Assembly: GCA_963796745.1 (NCBI GenBank)
Contig: CAWCMV010000004.1
Coordinates: forward strand, 44,492-108,491
Length of the DNA stretch: 64,000 nucleotides
DNA from: an uncultured Alphaproteobacteria bacterium
GTDB taxonomy: Bacteria; Pseudomonadota; Alphaproteobacteria; Sphingomonadales; Sphingomonadaceae
Direction: 5' to 3'
Made by a program: the position numbers and the translations under genes. The stretch's first letter is position 1. The number at the start of each line of letters is the position of its first letter. Below, in pieces: positions 21,568-33,074 of this stretch. The notes under the pieces are model-generated. The model was not told the origin of the DNA. It did no database searches and saw only the letters and a list, made by a program, of their open reading frames with translations.

Positions 21568-23402
21568 TGGTTTCGAAGACTTCGGGCTCGGCGACGGCCC
21601 AGCCTGCCTACAAGATTATCGATCATACCTATGACGTGGTTGTCGTCGGCGCCGGTGGTTCGGGCCTTCGCGCAACGATGGGTTCGGCCGAAGCCGGGCT
21701 CAAGACCGCCTGCATCACCAAGGTGTTCCCCACCCGCAGCCACACCGTGGCCGCACAGGGCGGGATCGCCGCCTCGCTGGGCAATATGGGCCCCGATCAC
21801 TGGCAGTGGCATATGTATGACACTGTCAAAGGGTCAGACTGGCTGGGCGATCAGGACGCGATCGAATATCTGGTGCGCGAAGCGCCGCAGGCGGTTTACG
21901 AGCTGGAACATGCCGGCGTGCCCTTTTCCCGCACGGCCGAAGGCACGATCTATCAGCGCCCGTTTGGCGGCATGATGCAGAATATGGGCGAGGGCCCTCC
22001 GGCGCAGCGCACCTGCGCCGCGGCTGACCGCACCGGCCATGCTATGCTGCATGCGCTGTATCAGCAGAGCCTCAAATATGACGCGGATTTCTACATCGAA
22101 TATTTCGCGATCGACCTGATCATGGATCAGGGCCGCTGCGTCGGCGTGATCGCTCTGTGTCTCGATGACGGTTCGATCCACCGCTTCCGCAGCCATGCGG
22201 TGGTGCTGGCAACCGGTGGCTATGGCCGCTGCTATTTCACTGCCACTTCGGCCCATACCTGCACCGGTGACGGCGGCGGCATGGTGCTGCGTGCGGGCCT
22301 GCCGCTGCAGGACATGGAATTCGTCCAGTTCCACCCGACCGGGATCTATGGCGCGGGCGTGCTGATCACCGAAGGCGCGCGGGGCGAGGGCGGCTATCTG
22401 ACCAATTCGGAAGGCGAGCGGTTCATGGAACGCTATGCCCCCAGCGCCAAGGATCTGGCCAGCCGCGATGTGGTGTCGCGCGCCATGGCGCTCGAAATGC
22501 GCGAAGGGCGCGGGGTTGGCCCGAACAAGGACCATATCTACCTCCACCTCGATCATATCGATCCCAAGGTGTTGGCCGAACGGCTGCCGGGCATCACCGA
22601 AAGCGGCAAGATCTTTGCCGGCGTCGATCTGACCCGCCAGCCGCTGCCGGTGTGCCCCACGGTGCATTACAATATGGGCGGCATCCCGACCAATTATCAC
22701 GGCGAAGTGGTGACCATCGGGGCTGACGGCAATCCTGACACCACCGTGCCCGGCCTGTTCGCGGTGGGCGAGGCGGCCTGCGTTTCGGTCCATGGCGCGA
22801 ACCGCCTTGGCTCCAATTCGCTGATCGATCTGGTGGTGTTCGGCCGCGCTGCCGGCCACCGCCTGAAGGAAACGGTCAAGCCCGGCACGGCCCATGCCGA
22901 ATTGCCCAAGGACAGCGCCGATCTGGCGCTTGGCCGGCTCGATCATTTCCGCAACGCCAAGGGCGGCACCCCGACCGCCCAGATCCGGCTCGAAATGCAG
23001 CGCAATATGCAGACGCATTGCGCGGTGTTCCGCACCGATGAGCTGCTCGCCGAGGGCAAGACCCATCTGGCGGCGACCTATGCCAAGATGCAGGACATCG
23101 AGGTCACCGATCGCTCGCTGATCTGGAATTCGGATCTGGTCGAAACGCTGGAGCTCGACAATCTCATCGCCCAGGCGACGGTGACGATCCACGGCGCGCA
23201 TAACCGCAAGGAAAGCCGCGGCGCCCATGCGCATGAGGATTTCCCCGAGCGTAATGACAAGCAGTGGATGAAGCACACCGCGCTGTGGTTCGAAGGCTGG
23301 GGCGGCCAGGGCGGCGCGGTGAAGATCGATTACCGCCCGGTGCACGAATATACGCTGACCGACGATGTCGACTATATCAAGCCGAAGAAGCGGGTTTACT
23401 GA
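21567..23402 (+). CDS. sdhA: Succinate dehydrogenase flavoprotein subunit
   Basis: [16 protein letters not shown] (covalent FAD His), [11 protein letters not shown] and RKESRGAH. Confidence 0.98.
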   Translation: MVSKTSGSATAQPAYKIIDHTYDVVVVGAGGSGLRATMGSAEAGLKTACITKVFPTRSHTVAAQGGIAASLGNMGPDHWQWHMYDTVKGSDWLGDQDAIEYLVREAPQAVYELEHAGVPFSRTAEGTIYQRPFGGMMQNMGEGPPAQRTCAAADRTGHAMLHALYQQSLKYDADFYIEYFAIDLIMDQGRCVGVIALCLDDGSIHRFRSHAVVLATGGYGRCYFTATSAHTCTGDGGGMVLRAGLPLQDMEFVQFHPTGIYGAGVLITEGARGEGGYLTNSEGERFMERYAPSAKDLASRDVVSRAMALEMREGRGVGPNKDHIYLHLDHIDPKVLAERLPGITESGKIFAGVDLTRQPLPVCPTVHYNMGGIPTNYHGEVVTIGADGNPDTTVPGLFAVGEAACVSVHGANRLGSNSLIDLVVFGRAAGHRLKETVKPGTAHAELPKDSADLALGRLDHFRNAKGGTPTAQIRLEMQRNMQTHCAVFRTDELLAEGKTHLAATYAKMQDIEVTDRSLIWNSDLVETLELDNLIAQATVTIHGAHNRKESRGAHAHEDFPERNDKQWMKHTALWFEGWGGQGGAVKIDYRPVHEYTLTDDVDYIKPKKRVY

Positions 23403-23464
23403 GGCGGGGGACAGGCCGCTACTGTAAGGGTGCGGCTATCGCGAAAAGCATCTACACCAATGCG

Positions 23465-24418
23465 ATGCAACGCGCATTGCCCTTCGCTGTCCTCGCTTTC
23501 GCTGCTGCCACGCCGGTTGCAGCCCACGCGCCCTATGTCTTCCAGCCGGGTCATATCGATCTTGCCATCGGGCCAGATGGCAACACGGTAATTCTCGATG
23601 CTCCTGGCGGCTTGATCGTGGTCGATACCGGGCGCCATGCGGCGCATGCGCAGGCGATCCTCGATTACGCGATGGCAGCGGGCAAGCCGATCGCTGCAAT
23701 CGTCAACAGCCACTGGCATCTCGATCACACCACCGGCAATCGTGATATCCTTGGCGCTTTTCCGCAGGCCGAGATCATCGCCAGCAATGCGGTGGAGGGG
23801 GCGCTAACCGGTTTCCTCGCACAGGCGCCCGACAATGCACGCAAACGCATCGCGGATCCGTCAGTTTCAGCTGAAGAGCGGGCGCGGGCGGAACGAACTC
23901 TGGCGATCCTGACTGACCGGGCGGCGCTGATTCCAGCCAATCCGGTCAGCAGATCTGGGATACGCGAAATTGCCGGACGCGAGCTTGATATCCGCCTTGC
24001 TCATGCTGCCGCGACCGAGGGCGATGTCTGGCTGCTCGCCGCCGATGAACGGCTCGCGATCACCGGTGATCTGGTGGTGGCGCAGGTGCCATTCTTCGAC
24101 ACGGGTTGTGCCGAAGAATGGTCCGCTGCGCTTGATGATATCGAAAGCGCACAGTGGGACACGCTCATTCCCGGCCATGGCGCGCCGATGAACCGGGACA
24201 ATTTCAGGCGGTGGCATGCCGCCTTCATCGGTTTTGTCGACTGTGCACGCTCGCCGGCCCCTGCCGAAACCTGCGCCGCTGATTGGGAACGCGACGCTGC
24301 GGGCTTTTTTAGCGAGGCCGAGGCGCCCTCGGTCCACGAGCTGGCAGTCTATTATATCACTGACGTGCTTCGCGCACCGGAAGCGGCGCGGATGAGCTAT
24401 TGCCGCAAGCCGGATTGA
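23465..24418 (+). CDS. Secreted MBL-fold metallo-hydrolase
   Basis: Signal peptide [20 protein letters not shown]; VVDTG, SHWHLDH, GDL and PGHG motifs. Confidence 0.85.
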   Translation: MQRALPFAVLAFAAATPVAAHAPYVFQPGHIDLAIGPDGNTVILDAPGGLIVVDTGRHAAHAQAILDYAMAAGKPIAAIVNSHWHLDHTTGNRDILGAFPQAEIIASNAVEGALTGFLAQAPDNARKRIADPSVSAEERARAERTLAILTDRAALIPANPVSRSGIREIAGRELDIRLAHAAATEGDVWLLAADERLAITGDLVVAQVPFFDTGCAEEWSAALDDIESAQWDTLIPGHGAPMNRDNFRRWHAAFIGFVDCARSPAPAETCAADWERDAAGFFSEAEAPSVHELAVYYITDVLRAPEAARMSYCRKPD

Positions 24419-24425
24419 ACAGGCG

Positions 24426-24980
24426 ATGGCGCGGCTGATCTTGTTCAACAAGCCTTACGGGGTGCTCTCGCAATTCACCGATCGCGGGAGCGCAACCGCG
24501 CGCGCTACGCTGTCGGATTTCATTGCCGTGCCCGGGGTCTATCCCGCCGGGCGGCTTGACCGTGACAGCGAAGGGCTGCTGCTCTTGACCGATGATGGGC
24601 GGCTGCAGGCGCGGATCGCCGATCCGAAGTTCAAGCTGCCCAAGAGCTATCTGGTCCAGGTTGAGGGCGAGCCCGATGCGGCGGCGCTGGAGGCGCTGCG
24701 ATCCGGGGTGCGGCTGAAGGATGGCGTCACCCGCCCGGCGGCGGCAGACCGCATTGCCGATCCCGGTCTGGCCCCGCGCGATCCCCCGATCAGGGTGCGC
24801 AAAAGCATACCCGATTGCTGGCTCGGCCTGACGATCCGCGAAGGGCGCAACCGGCAGGTGCGGCGAATGACGGCCGCCGTGGGGCATGCCACGCTGCGCC
24901 TGTTGCGCTGGTCAATCGGGGAGTGGACGGTGGAAGGGCTGCAACCGGGGGAATGGCGGGAAATCGACGCGGGGCCCTAG
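24426..24980 (+). CDS. rluE: rRNA pseudouridine synthase, RluE-like
   Basis: [26 protein letters not shown] and [12 protein letters not shown]; no S4 domain. Confidence 0.88.
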   Translation: MARLILFNKPYGVLSQFTDRGSATARATLSDFIAVPGVYPAGRLDRDSEGLLLLTDDGRLQARIADPKFKLPKSYLVQVEGEPDAAALEALRSGVRLKDGVTRPAAADRIADPGLAPRDPPIRVRKSIPDCWLGLTIREGRNRQVRRMTAAVGHATLRLLRWSIGEWTVEGLQPGEWREIDAGP

Positions 24981-24990
24981 TCGCTCCGGC

Positions 24991-26142
24991 TCAGTCCCCG
25001 GTTTCGAACGCCACGCTGCCCTGGTTGTAAAGCGCCGCAATCAGCTCCATCGCCGGCTCGCAGCCGATCAGCGCGGGATCGACCGCAATCAGCGTCTGCG
25101 CGCAGAGCTGGCGCGCGAAATCGGCGGTGTCCGCGCCGCATTCATGGCATTCGCCGTCGACGAACAGCAGCACGCCCGGCGGATCCTGCACCGCGAAGGA
25201 GAAGCGGCTCGCAGGGTTGCGGCACAGCGGAAAGCCGCGCCGCAGATAGCCGCGCAAATCCTCGATCGTCAGCGGTTCTTCGGGTTGCCAGTCCATATCG
25301 GGATATTTGCGGGTGCTGCTGTAGCGCCCGAACCAGCGGGTGAAGCTGCCCGGGTCCAGCATGCGGGCGGTGACCATGGCATGCAGCCGCCCGATGGCTG
25401 CAGCGGAAATCTCGCCGGAATTGGCCTGCGCGGGAAGATCGGGATCGGCATAGCGATCATCGTCCTGCAGCTGGTCGAGCAGATCATCGGCATAATGCGC
25501 GATCAGCTCGCTGCGCGAGGGCGCGCGAAAGCCGACCGAATAGGTCATGCAATCCGCGCTCACCGCAACTCCGTCATGGGCATAGCGCGGCGGGACATAG
25601 AGAATGTCGCCCGGCTCGAGCACCCATTCCTCGCGCGGCTCGAACCGGGCCAGCAGGCGCAGATCGTCATGCGGCAGCAGTTCGCTGCCATCCTCGCAGA
25701 TATCGCCGATCTGCCAGCGCCGCTGCCCCAGGCCCTGGATCAGGAACACGTCATATTGGTCGAAATGCGGGCCAACCCCGCCGCCTTCGCTGGCATAGCT
25801 GACCATCACATCATCGATCCGCCAATTGGGGATGAAGCGGAAGGGTTCGATCAGCGCGGCGACTTCGGGCACATGGTGATCGACCGCCTGGACCAGCAAG
25901 GTCCAGGGCTGTTGGCCAAGCTGGCCGAAGCGCGGTTCGTCAAACGGGCCATGCTCGGCCTCCCAATTGTCAGGCGCGCGGCGGATCAGCCGGCTCTCGA
26001 CCCCTTCCTCGCAGGCCAGACCGGCAAGATCGTCAGGGCTGAGCGGATTGCGCCAGCTCGCCCAGGGATTGCGGATCAGCAGCGGCTTCTTCTGCCAATA
26101 ATTGCGCAGGAAGGCGGTGCTGTCGAACTGGGTAAAATTCAT
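24991..26142 (-). CDS. JmjC/cupin ribosomal oxygenase, RoxA/YcfD family
   Basis: YWQKKPLLIR, WTLLVQAVD, WRIDDVMVSYA..GGVGPHFDQYDVFLIQG and GDILYVPP..AHDG. Confidence 0.9.
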   Translation of the reverse strand: MNFTQFDSTAFLRNYWQKKPLLIRNPWASWRNPLSPDDLAGLACEEGVESRLIRRAPDNWEAEHGPFDEPRFGQLGQQPWTLLVQAVDHHVPEVAALIEPFRFIPNWRIDDVMVSYASEGGGVGPHFDQYDVFLIQGLGQRRWQIGDICEDGSELLPHDDLRLLARFEPREEWVLEPGDILYVPPRYAHDGVAVSADCMTYSVGFRAPSRSELIAHYADDLLDQLQDDDRYADPDLPAQANSGEISAAAIGRLHAMVTARMLDPGSFTRWFGRYSSTRKYPDMDWQPEEPLTIEDLRGYLRRGFPLCRNPASRFSFAVQDPPGVLLFVDGECHECGADTADFARQLCAQTLIAVDPALIGCEPAMELIAALYNQGSVAFETGD

Positions 26143-26190
26143 GGGCACTCAGGGTAAAGCGGGCCAGCCGGGCTGGCGGGGCGGCGCGGA

Positions 26191-27372
26191 TCAGCGCCAG
26201 CGAAGATTGTCGCGCGTGAGGTCGGAGATCTTGGTCGCGCCCATCAGCTTCATGTCGCGCACAATCTCATTTTGCAGCAGGGTGATCGCGCGGTCCACCC
26301 CGGCCTGGCCGGCGGCGGCCAGCGCATAGAGATAGAGCCGCCCGCCCGAAACCGCCTTGGCCCCAAGCGACAGCGCCTTGAGCACATGGCTGCCGCGCCG
26401 GACCCCGCCGTCGAGCACCACGTCGAGCTTGTCACCCACCGCATCGACGATTTCGGCGAGCTGGTCGAAGGGCGAACGGCTGCCGTCGAGCTGGCGCCCG
26501 CCATGGTTCGAAACATAGATCGCATCGACCCCGATCTGGGCCGCATGGCGCGCATCGGCGACCGACATGATCCCCTTGAGGCAGAATTTGCCGCCCCAGT
26601 CATCGCGCAGCTTCTCGGCCGCCTTCCAGTCCAGCGACTGGTCGAGGAATGAGCCGAAATAATCCGCGACCGAGGTCGAGACATTGCTGCCGGAGGGAAT
26701 GTGGCTTTCCAGATTGGGCAGCGAGAATTTCTCGCGCAACAGGTAATCCAGCGCCCAGCGCGGCTTGGAGGCATAGGACAGGAAGCTGGCCGGGGTGATC
26801 CGCGGCGGGCTGGTGAAGCCGGTGCGCAGGCAGCGTTCGCGATTGCCACCGACCGCGGTGTCGACCGTCAGCGTCACCGCGTCAAACCTGGCTTCCCGGG
26901 CTTTTTCCAGCAGCGCAGCGTTAAGGCCCTTGTCCTTGTGATAGTAATATTGGAGCATTTTCGGCCCGCTGAATTGCGCTCCGATTTCCTCGATCGAGAT
27001 GCTCGACAGGCTTGAAATCCCGAACCACAGCCCGAATTTTTCGGCCACTGCGGCCACCGCGCGTTCACCCTGCCAGTGGAACAGCCGCTGCAGCGCGGTG
27101 GGAGAAAGCATCAGCGGCAGCGGGCAGGTCTGGCCCATCACCGTCACCGAGGTATCGATCTGCGTCACATCGACCAGCACATTGGGCACCAGGTCGCATT
27201 GGTCAAAGGCGCTGGTGTTGCGCGCCTTGGTGATCTCGTCATCGCCGCCGCCATCGATGTAATGGAACACCGGGAAGGGCAGCTTGCGATGGGCAAGCAG
27301 ACGGAAATCCTCGATATTGTGGCAGTCCGCCAGGCGCGTGATACGGCGCGGCGCGGTGATCGTGCGGCTCAT
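26191..27372 (-). CDS. FMN-dependent alpha-hydroxy acid dehydrogenase (LldD-like)
   Basis: FHYIDGG, LTVD, LKGI, SNHGGRQLD and DGGVRRG motifs. Confidence 0.92.
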   Translation of the reverse strand: MSRTITAPRRITRLADCHNIEDFRLLAHRKLPFPVFHYIDGGGDDEITKARNTSAFDQCDLVPNVLVDVTQIDTSVTVMGQTCPLPLMLSPTALQRLFHWQGERAVAAVAEKFGLWFGISSLSSISIEEIGAQFSGPKMLQYYYHKDKGLNAALLEKAREARFDAVTLTVDTAVGGNRERCLRTGFTSPPRITPASFLSYASKPRWALDYLLREKFSLPNLESHIPSGSNVSTSVADYFGSFLDQSLDWKAAEKLRDDWGGKFCLKGIMSVADARHAAQIGVDAIYVSNHGGRQLDGSRSPFDQLAEIVDAVGDKLDVVLDGGVRRGSHVLKALSLGAKAVSGGRLYLYALAAAGQAGVDRAITLLQNEIVRDMKLMGATKISDLTRDNLRWR

Positions 27373-27467
27373 TCTGCGTGGCCTTCTTGTGGTTTGGATG
27401 GTTCTTAGCGTGGTGCCGCAACTTGGCAAGTTTGCGCACCGCCGCCACGCCGTTCATCTGCGCTTCA

Positions 27468-27483
27468 GATTACATCTGTAGTC
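27468..27483. promoter_or_regulatory. BlaI/MecI/CopY-type operator
   Basis: GATTACATCTGTAGTC contains a perfect TACA-NN-TGTA about 40 bp upstream of the BlaI-family gene. Confidence 0.75.
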
Positions 27484-27520
27484 GTATGCCTGCAACCGCT
27501 TGGACACCGGGGAGGGACTT

Positions 27521-27922
27521 ATGGCGGAGATTGACGACAGCAGCGAAACAGGCCGGCCCGAACGCATCAGCGAGGCCGAACATGCGGTGATGGAAACGCT
27601 GTGGGCGCGCGCGCCCCTGAGCGCGATCGAAGTCGCCGCCGAAGTCGGGTCGCAGCGCGGCTGGAGCCTACCCACGGTCAAAACCCTGCTTTCCCGGCTG
27701 GTCGCCAAGCAGGCAGTCGCGACCGAGCCTGACGGACGCCGGTTTCTCTATCGCCCGCTGCTGGCCCGCGCCGATTATGTCGTGGGTGAATCGCGCCGGC
27801 TGGTCGAGCGGCTGTTTGGTGGCCGCGCCGCGCCGCTCCTGGCCCATCTGGTCGAATCCGAGACCCTGACCGACCAGGATATCGCCGAGATCGAGGCACT
27901 GCTGAAGGGGCTGAGACAATGA
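27521..27922 (+). CDS. BlaI/MecI/CopY family transcriptional repressor
   Basis: ISEAEHAVMETLW..WSLPTVKTLLSRLVAK..FLYRPL..LFGG. Confidence 0.93.
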   Translation: MAEIDDSSETGRPERISEAEHAVMETLWARAPLSAIEVAAEVGSQRGWSLPTVKTLLSRLVAKQAVATEPDGRRFLYRPLLARADYVVGESRRLVERLFGGRAAPLLAHLVESETLTDQDIAEIEALLKGLRQ

Positions 27923-29808
27923 TCGCCTGGCTCACCGACACGCTGGTCTATACCGGCGCCCTGATCGCGCTGGCGCTGCTGCTGCGCCGCCCGGTGGCGC
28001 GTCATTTTGGCCCCCAGATGGCCTATGCGCTGTGGGCGCTGCCGCTGCTGCGCTTCTGGATGCCGCCGGTGGTGCTGCCGGCCAGCCTTGCCCCGGCTGC
28101 GGCGCGCGTGCCCACTGCACCGCTTGCGCTGGCGGGTGACAATTTGCAGGCCGCCGGCCCGATGTTTCATCCCGCTCAGCTTCAGGCAATCGCGGGGGCT
28201 GCCCCGGTCGATCGGCTTGCTTCGGCCGCTCCAACCGCGAGTTTCTGGCCCTTGGCTGACGTCACGCCCGGCGGGGTGCTGCTGGCGGCGTGGGTCATGG
28301 GCGCGGTGCTGTTTCTGCTGTGGCGGGGCTGGACCTATATGCGGATGCGCGAATGGCTGCTGCAGGGCGCGCGTCCGGTGGGGGAAATTGGCTCGATCAG
28401 GCTGGTCGAAAGCCCGGCGCTGGGTGCGCCGGTGGCCTTCGGGGTCAGCGACCGGGTGATTGCCCTGCCGCTGGAGTTCATGGCGAGCGAAGATCGCGCG
28501 GCGCGCGATCTGGCGATCGAGCATGAGCTGGCCCATCATCGCGGGCGTGATCTGCTGGCCAATATCATCGCGCAGCCGATCCTTGCCCTGCATTGGTTCA
28601 ATCCGCTGGCCTGGCTGGGCTGGCGAGCGATGCGGCGCGATCAGGAGGCCGCCTGCGATGCGCGGGTAATTGCCCGGCGCTCACCCTGCGAGCGCGCCCG
28701 CTATGGCGAGGTGATTGCCAGCTTTGCCGCCGGGCCACGGCTGGCACTGGCCGCGCCGATGGCCGGGCACCGCCATTTCGGGCCGGTGCTGGGCGAAAAA
28801 TCGATCATCTATCGCCTGCGCAGCCTGAGCAGGGGCGAGATATCCGCGCGCCGCCGCTTGGCCGGGCGTGCGTTGTTGGCCGGATCGATCATCGCCCTGC
28901 CGCTCAGCGCTTCGATCAGCTATGCCGATGCGCCCACGCCCCCGGTGGAGCCCGCGGAAATACCCGAAATTCCCGCCATCCCCGCTGCGCCCGAGCCGCC
29001 AGCGATGCCAACGGCTGCGGTCTCGCCGCTGCCCGCCATTCCAGCACATCCTCCAGCACCGGCGGCGCCAGCTGCGGTGTGGACCAGCCGCAGCGAGAAG
29101 ACGGTGGTTGAGGTCCGGCAACGGGGCGATGGCAAGCAGGAAATTACCATCCTCAAGCAGCAGGGGCCGCAAAGCCAGGCGCAGACGAGCCATAGTCTCG
29201 ATGGCGGGCAAAAGGTCCAGATGCGCCGGATCATCGTCCCGGCCAATCAGGGTCTGACTCGCGCACAGCTTGACGGTCTTGAGCAGGCCCGCGCCCAGTT
29301 GAGCGATCAGAAATGGGCTGCCTTTGGCGAGGCCATGGCCAGCTGGGGCTCGGATCTGGGACAATGGGGCGAGCAGATGGGCAAGCAGGTCCAGGCGCAG
29401 GTCAGCAAGGCCAGTTCGGTCAGGGCCAGTTCGGTCAGGGCCAGTTCGGTCAGGGCCGGTTCGGTCAGGACCAGTTCGGTCAGGACCAGTTCGGTCAGGG
29501 CCAACTCAGCAAAGGCGAATTCGGGCAATGTGAATTCGGGCAGGGCAATTGCCATTGCCGTCGCGCCGCCGCAGGTCGATTTTGATTTCGGCTGCGATGC
29601 GCAGGGCAAGCCGGCGAATGCGTCAACCGGGGATGCACGTCCCGCGAGATTGGCGGCGTGTCGCCAATTGGCTGGTGCCAGCGCGCGCCTTGCGCTGATG
29701 CAGGCACGCGCCAGCGTGGCGCGCGATCGCTCGCTCGATGAAGATCTGCGCGATGAGCTGATCGATTCGCTCGACGACCAGATCGAGCAGCTCGATGATG
29801 TGGGTTAG
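27919..29808 (+). CDS. BlaR1/MecR1-like M56 metallopeptidase with low-complexity C-terminal region
   Basis: ATGA overlap with the repressor; TM segments, HELAH, HWFNPL and QEAACD motifs; then a Pro/Ala-rich linker and repeats, with no recognisable transpeptidase sensor domain. Confidence 0.9.
   Translation: MIAWLTDTLVYTGALIALALLLRRPVARHFGPQMAYALWALPLLRFWMPPVVLPASLAPAAARVPTAPLALAGDNLQAAGPMFHPAQLQAIAGAAPVDRLASAAPTASFWPLADVTPGGVLLAAWVMGAVLFLLWRGWTYMRMREWLLQGARPVGEIGSIRLVESPALGAPVAFGVSDRVIALPLEFMASEDRAARDLAIEHELAHHRGRDLLANIIAQPILALHWFNPLAWLGWRAMRRDQEAACDARVIARRSPCERARYGEVIASFAAGPRLALAAPMAGHRHFGPVLGEKSIIYRLRSLSRGEISARRRLAGRALLAGSIIALPLSASISYADAPTPPVEPAEIPEIPAIPAAPEPPAMPTAAVSPLPAIPAHPPAPAAPAAVWTSRSEKTVVEVRQRGDGKQEITILKQQGPQSQAQTSHSLDGGQKVQMRRIIVPANQGLTRAQLDGLEQARAQLSDQKWAAFGEAMASWGSDLGQWGEQMGKQVQAQVSKASSVRASSVRASSVRAGSVRTSSVRTSSVRANSAKANSGNVNSGRAIAIAVAPPQVDFDFGCDAQGKPANASTGDARPARLAACRQLAGASARLALMQARASVARDRSLDEDLRDELIDSLDDQIEQLDDVG
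29410..29544 (+). repeat. In-frame 15-bp tandem repeat (VNTR) within the M56 gene
   Basis: Six near-identical (G/A)CC(A/G)GTTCGGTCAGG units at 29410-29499 plus three degenerate units; encodes ASSVR/TSSVR pentapeptides. Confidence 0.92.
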
Positions 29809-29839
29809 GGCGGTTTGAGCCTGGCAGTCCGGCCCCGCG

Positions 29840-30445
29840 TCAGCTGTCGTCTTCGCGCTTCTCGGCCCGCAGTTTAAGCGCCTGCTGGCCCGCCATGCGC
29901 GCTCGGGTCACCTCGTCAGCGGGCCGCGCCGGATATTTGCAGCCCAGCTTGAGACCCATGCCCTTCAGGAATGCGCGGCGCATCACGCCTGCCATGATTG
30001 CATCCTGAAACTGGCGCTGGTGCTTGTTGGCGCCGGATAACTCGCGGATCACGCCGCGAAACGGGATCAGCGCGCCAACCACCGATTTTGCGACCCCGCC
30101 CGCGCTGAGCGCACGCTCATCGGGCTGCGTCAGGTCGAAATCGGGGCCGAGGACCTGATCCAGCTCGGTGATCGCGGCGGTATATTGATTGCAGCGCTTG
30201 AACCCCTTGTAAGCATAGGGATCGGCCTGCGCGGCGAGCAGCAGCGGCGGGATCTCGTCATTCTCGAGATTAAGGTCCTCGATCGGGGTGATGGCCACAT
30301 CGCGCGCGGTGACCGTATCGTCATTGACCTGCCTTGGCTCTTCGTCCCGCGCCGAGGCCGGGACGGCGCTGAGCGCCAGGGCGATGAAAAACGCGGCGCT
30401 CTTGCGCGGCGGATGGAGACGGAACGCGCGATGAAATATGGCCAT
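29840..30445 (-). CDS. Conserved hypothetical exported protein
   Basis: 201-aa ORF with a signal-like segment, two Cys, and LD.VLGPD / IPFRGVIRELSGA motifs. Start uncertain. Confidence 0.7.
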   Translation of the reverse strand: MAIFHRAFRLHPPRKSAAFFIALALSAVPASARDEEPRQVNDDTVTARDVAITPIEDLNLENDEIPPLLLAAQADPYAYKGFKRCNQYTAAITELDQVLGPDFDLTQPDERALSAGGVAKSVVGALIPFRGVIRELSGANKHQRQFQDAIMAGVMRRAFLKGMGLKLGCKYPARPADEVTRARMAGQQALKLRAEKREDDS

Positions 30446-30498
30446 AATGTCGCTGAGGACGAACCTTTCGTGGTTGCCTATCCCCAGCGCTTGACGGG

Positions 30499-31383
30499 CT
30501 ATTTTGTTCCCTGGCCGGTGATATCGGCAAAGGTGTCGCAGCGGTCTTCATCCCCGCTGTCGAGCCCGGTCTTGAGCCATTTCATCCGCTGGGCGCTCGA
30601 TCCATGGGTGAAGGCGGCCTCGACCGGGCGCTGGCCGGCATTTTCCATCAGCGTGTCATCGCCCACCGCATGGGCGGCGGTGAGGCCTTCCTGAAGATCG
30701 CCCGGCTCGATCCGGTCACGATTGAGCGCGGCCCAGACCCCGGCGTAGCAATCCGCCTGCAACTCCATCCGCACCTGCAGCGCGTTTTCCGATCCCGGGT
30801 TCTGCTGTTGCAGGCTGCGCACCTGCTTGGCCGTGCCGAGCAGGTTCTGGATATGGTGGCCATATTCATGCGCGATCACATAGGCGCGGGCAAAATCGCC
30901 CTTGGCGCCCATGCGCTGGGCCATTTCATCGAAGAAATCGGTGTCGATATAGATGCCTTCGTCGCTCGGGCAGTAGAACGGCCCCATCGCGCTTTGCGCC
31001 GTGCCGCAGCCCGAACTGCCGGCGCGGGCATAGAAATTGAGCACCGGCTGGCGGAAGGCGATCCCGGCAGCCTTGAATTTGGGCTCCCAGGTCTCGTTCA
31101 GCGAGGCGAGATGGGCGCAGGCTTCGGAGCTATAGCTGTTGACCGCGCAGCTTTCCGCCGCATTGGCGCCGCCCTGGGCGGGCTGCTGCGTGGTCCCCTG
31201 CTGAATCTGGTCAAGCCCGCTGAGCAATTGCGCCGGATCGGCCCCGGTAAAATAGGCCACCGCCAGCACGATCAGCAGCGTGCCGCAGCCCAGCTTGCCG
31301 CCTCCGCCGCCGGGAAAGCCGCCCCCGCCGCCGCGCTGGTCGCGCACCCGGATATTGGCCGGGTTGAATTTGTTGAGCCGCAT
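30499..31383 (-). CDS. Neutral zinc metallopeptidase, YpfJ family
   Basis: Gly-rich N-terminus, GPFYCP, AHEYGHHIQ, ELQADCYAG and FTHGSSAQR. Confidence 0.92.
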   Translation of the reverse strand: MRLNKFNPANIRVRDQRGGGGGFPGGGGGKLGCGTLLIVLAVAYFTGADPAQLLSGLDQIQQGTTQQPAQGGANAAESCAVNSYSSEACAHLASLNETWEPKFKAAGIAFRQPVLNFYARAGSSGCGTAQSAMGPFYCPSDEGIYIDTDFFDEMAQRMGAKGDFARAYVIAHEYGHHIQNLLGTAKQVRSLQQQNPGSENALQVRMELQADCYAGVWAALNRDRIEPGDLQEGLTAAHAVGDDTLMENAGQRPVEAAFTHGSSAQRMKWLKTGLDSGDEDRCDTFADITGQGTK

Positions 31384-31591
31384 GAATGTCCTGCCTTATG
31401 CGCGATTGCGTGAGCATGCCGCACCGCCATGGCCGGCCCCGCGCTCTGTCTGGCACAGCATTTTGCGCTGAGTTCGAGCCCATTGCTGCACCGAATGCAC
31501 CGGCCGGGCGTGCATTTATTGGTGCCCCCCTAGCGCTTGTCACCCAGTGCGGTTACATGGGCCGCCACAATTCTCCAGACGCGAGCACACA

Positions 31592-33059
<1,468 letters not shown>

Positions 33060-33074
33060 TTTCGGAGTGCCGGC

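Noticed and set aside
29410-29544. Possible CRISPR array
   Set aside because: The units are contiguous with no spacers, lie inside a CDS, and there are no cas genes in the window.
29313-29585. Alternative-frame ORF encoding GQFGQ repeats that look like an amyloid or RiPP precursor
   Set aside because: It is the same 15-bp DNA repeat read in another frame inside the intact M56 gene; there is no RBS and no modifying enzymes nearby.
31451-31466. Sigma54-like TGGCAC..TTGC upstream of guaB (similar motif near 57509)
   Set aside because: GG-to-GC spacing is 11 nt rather than the strict 10 nt.
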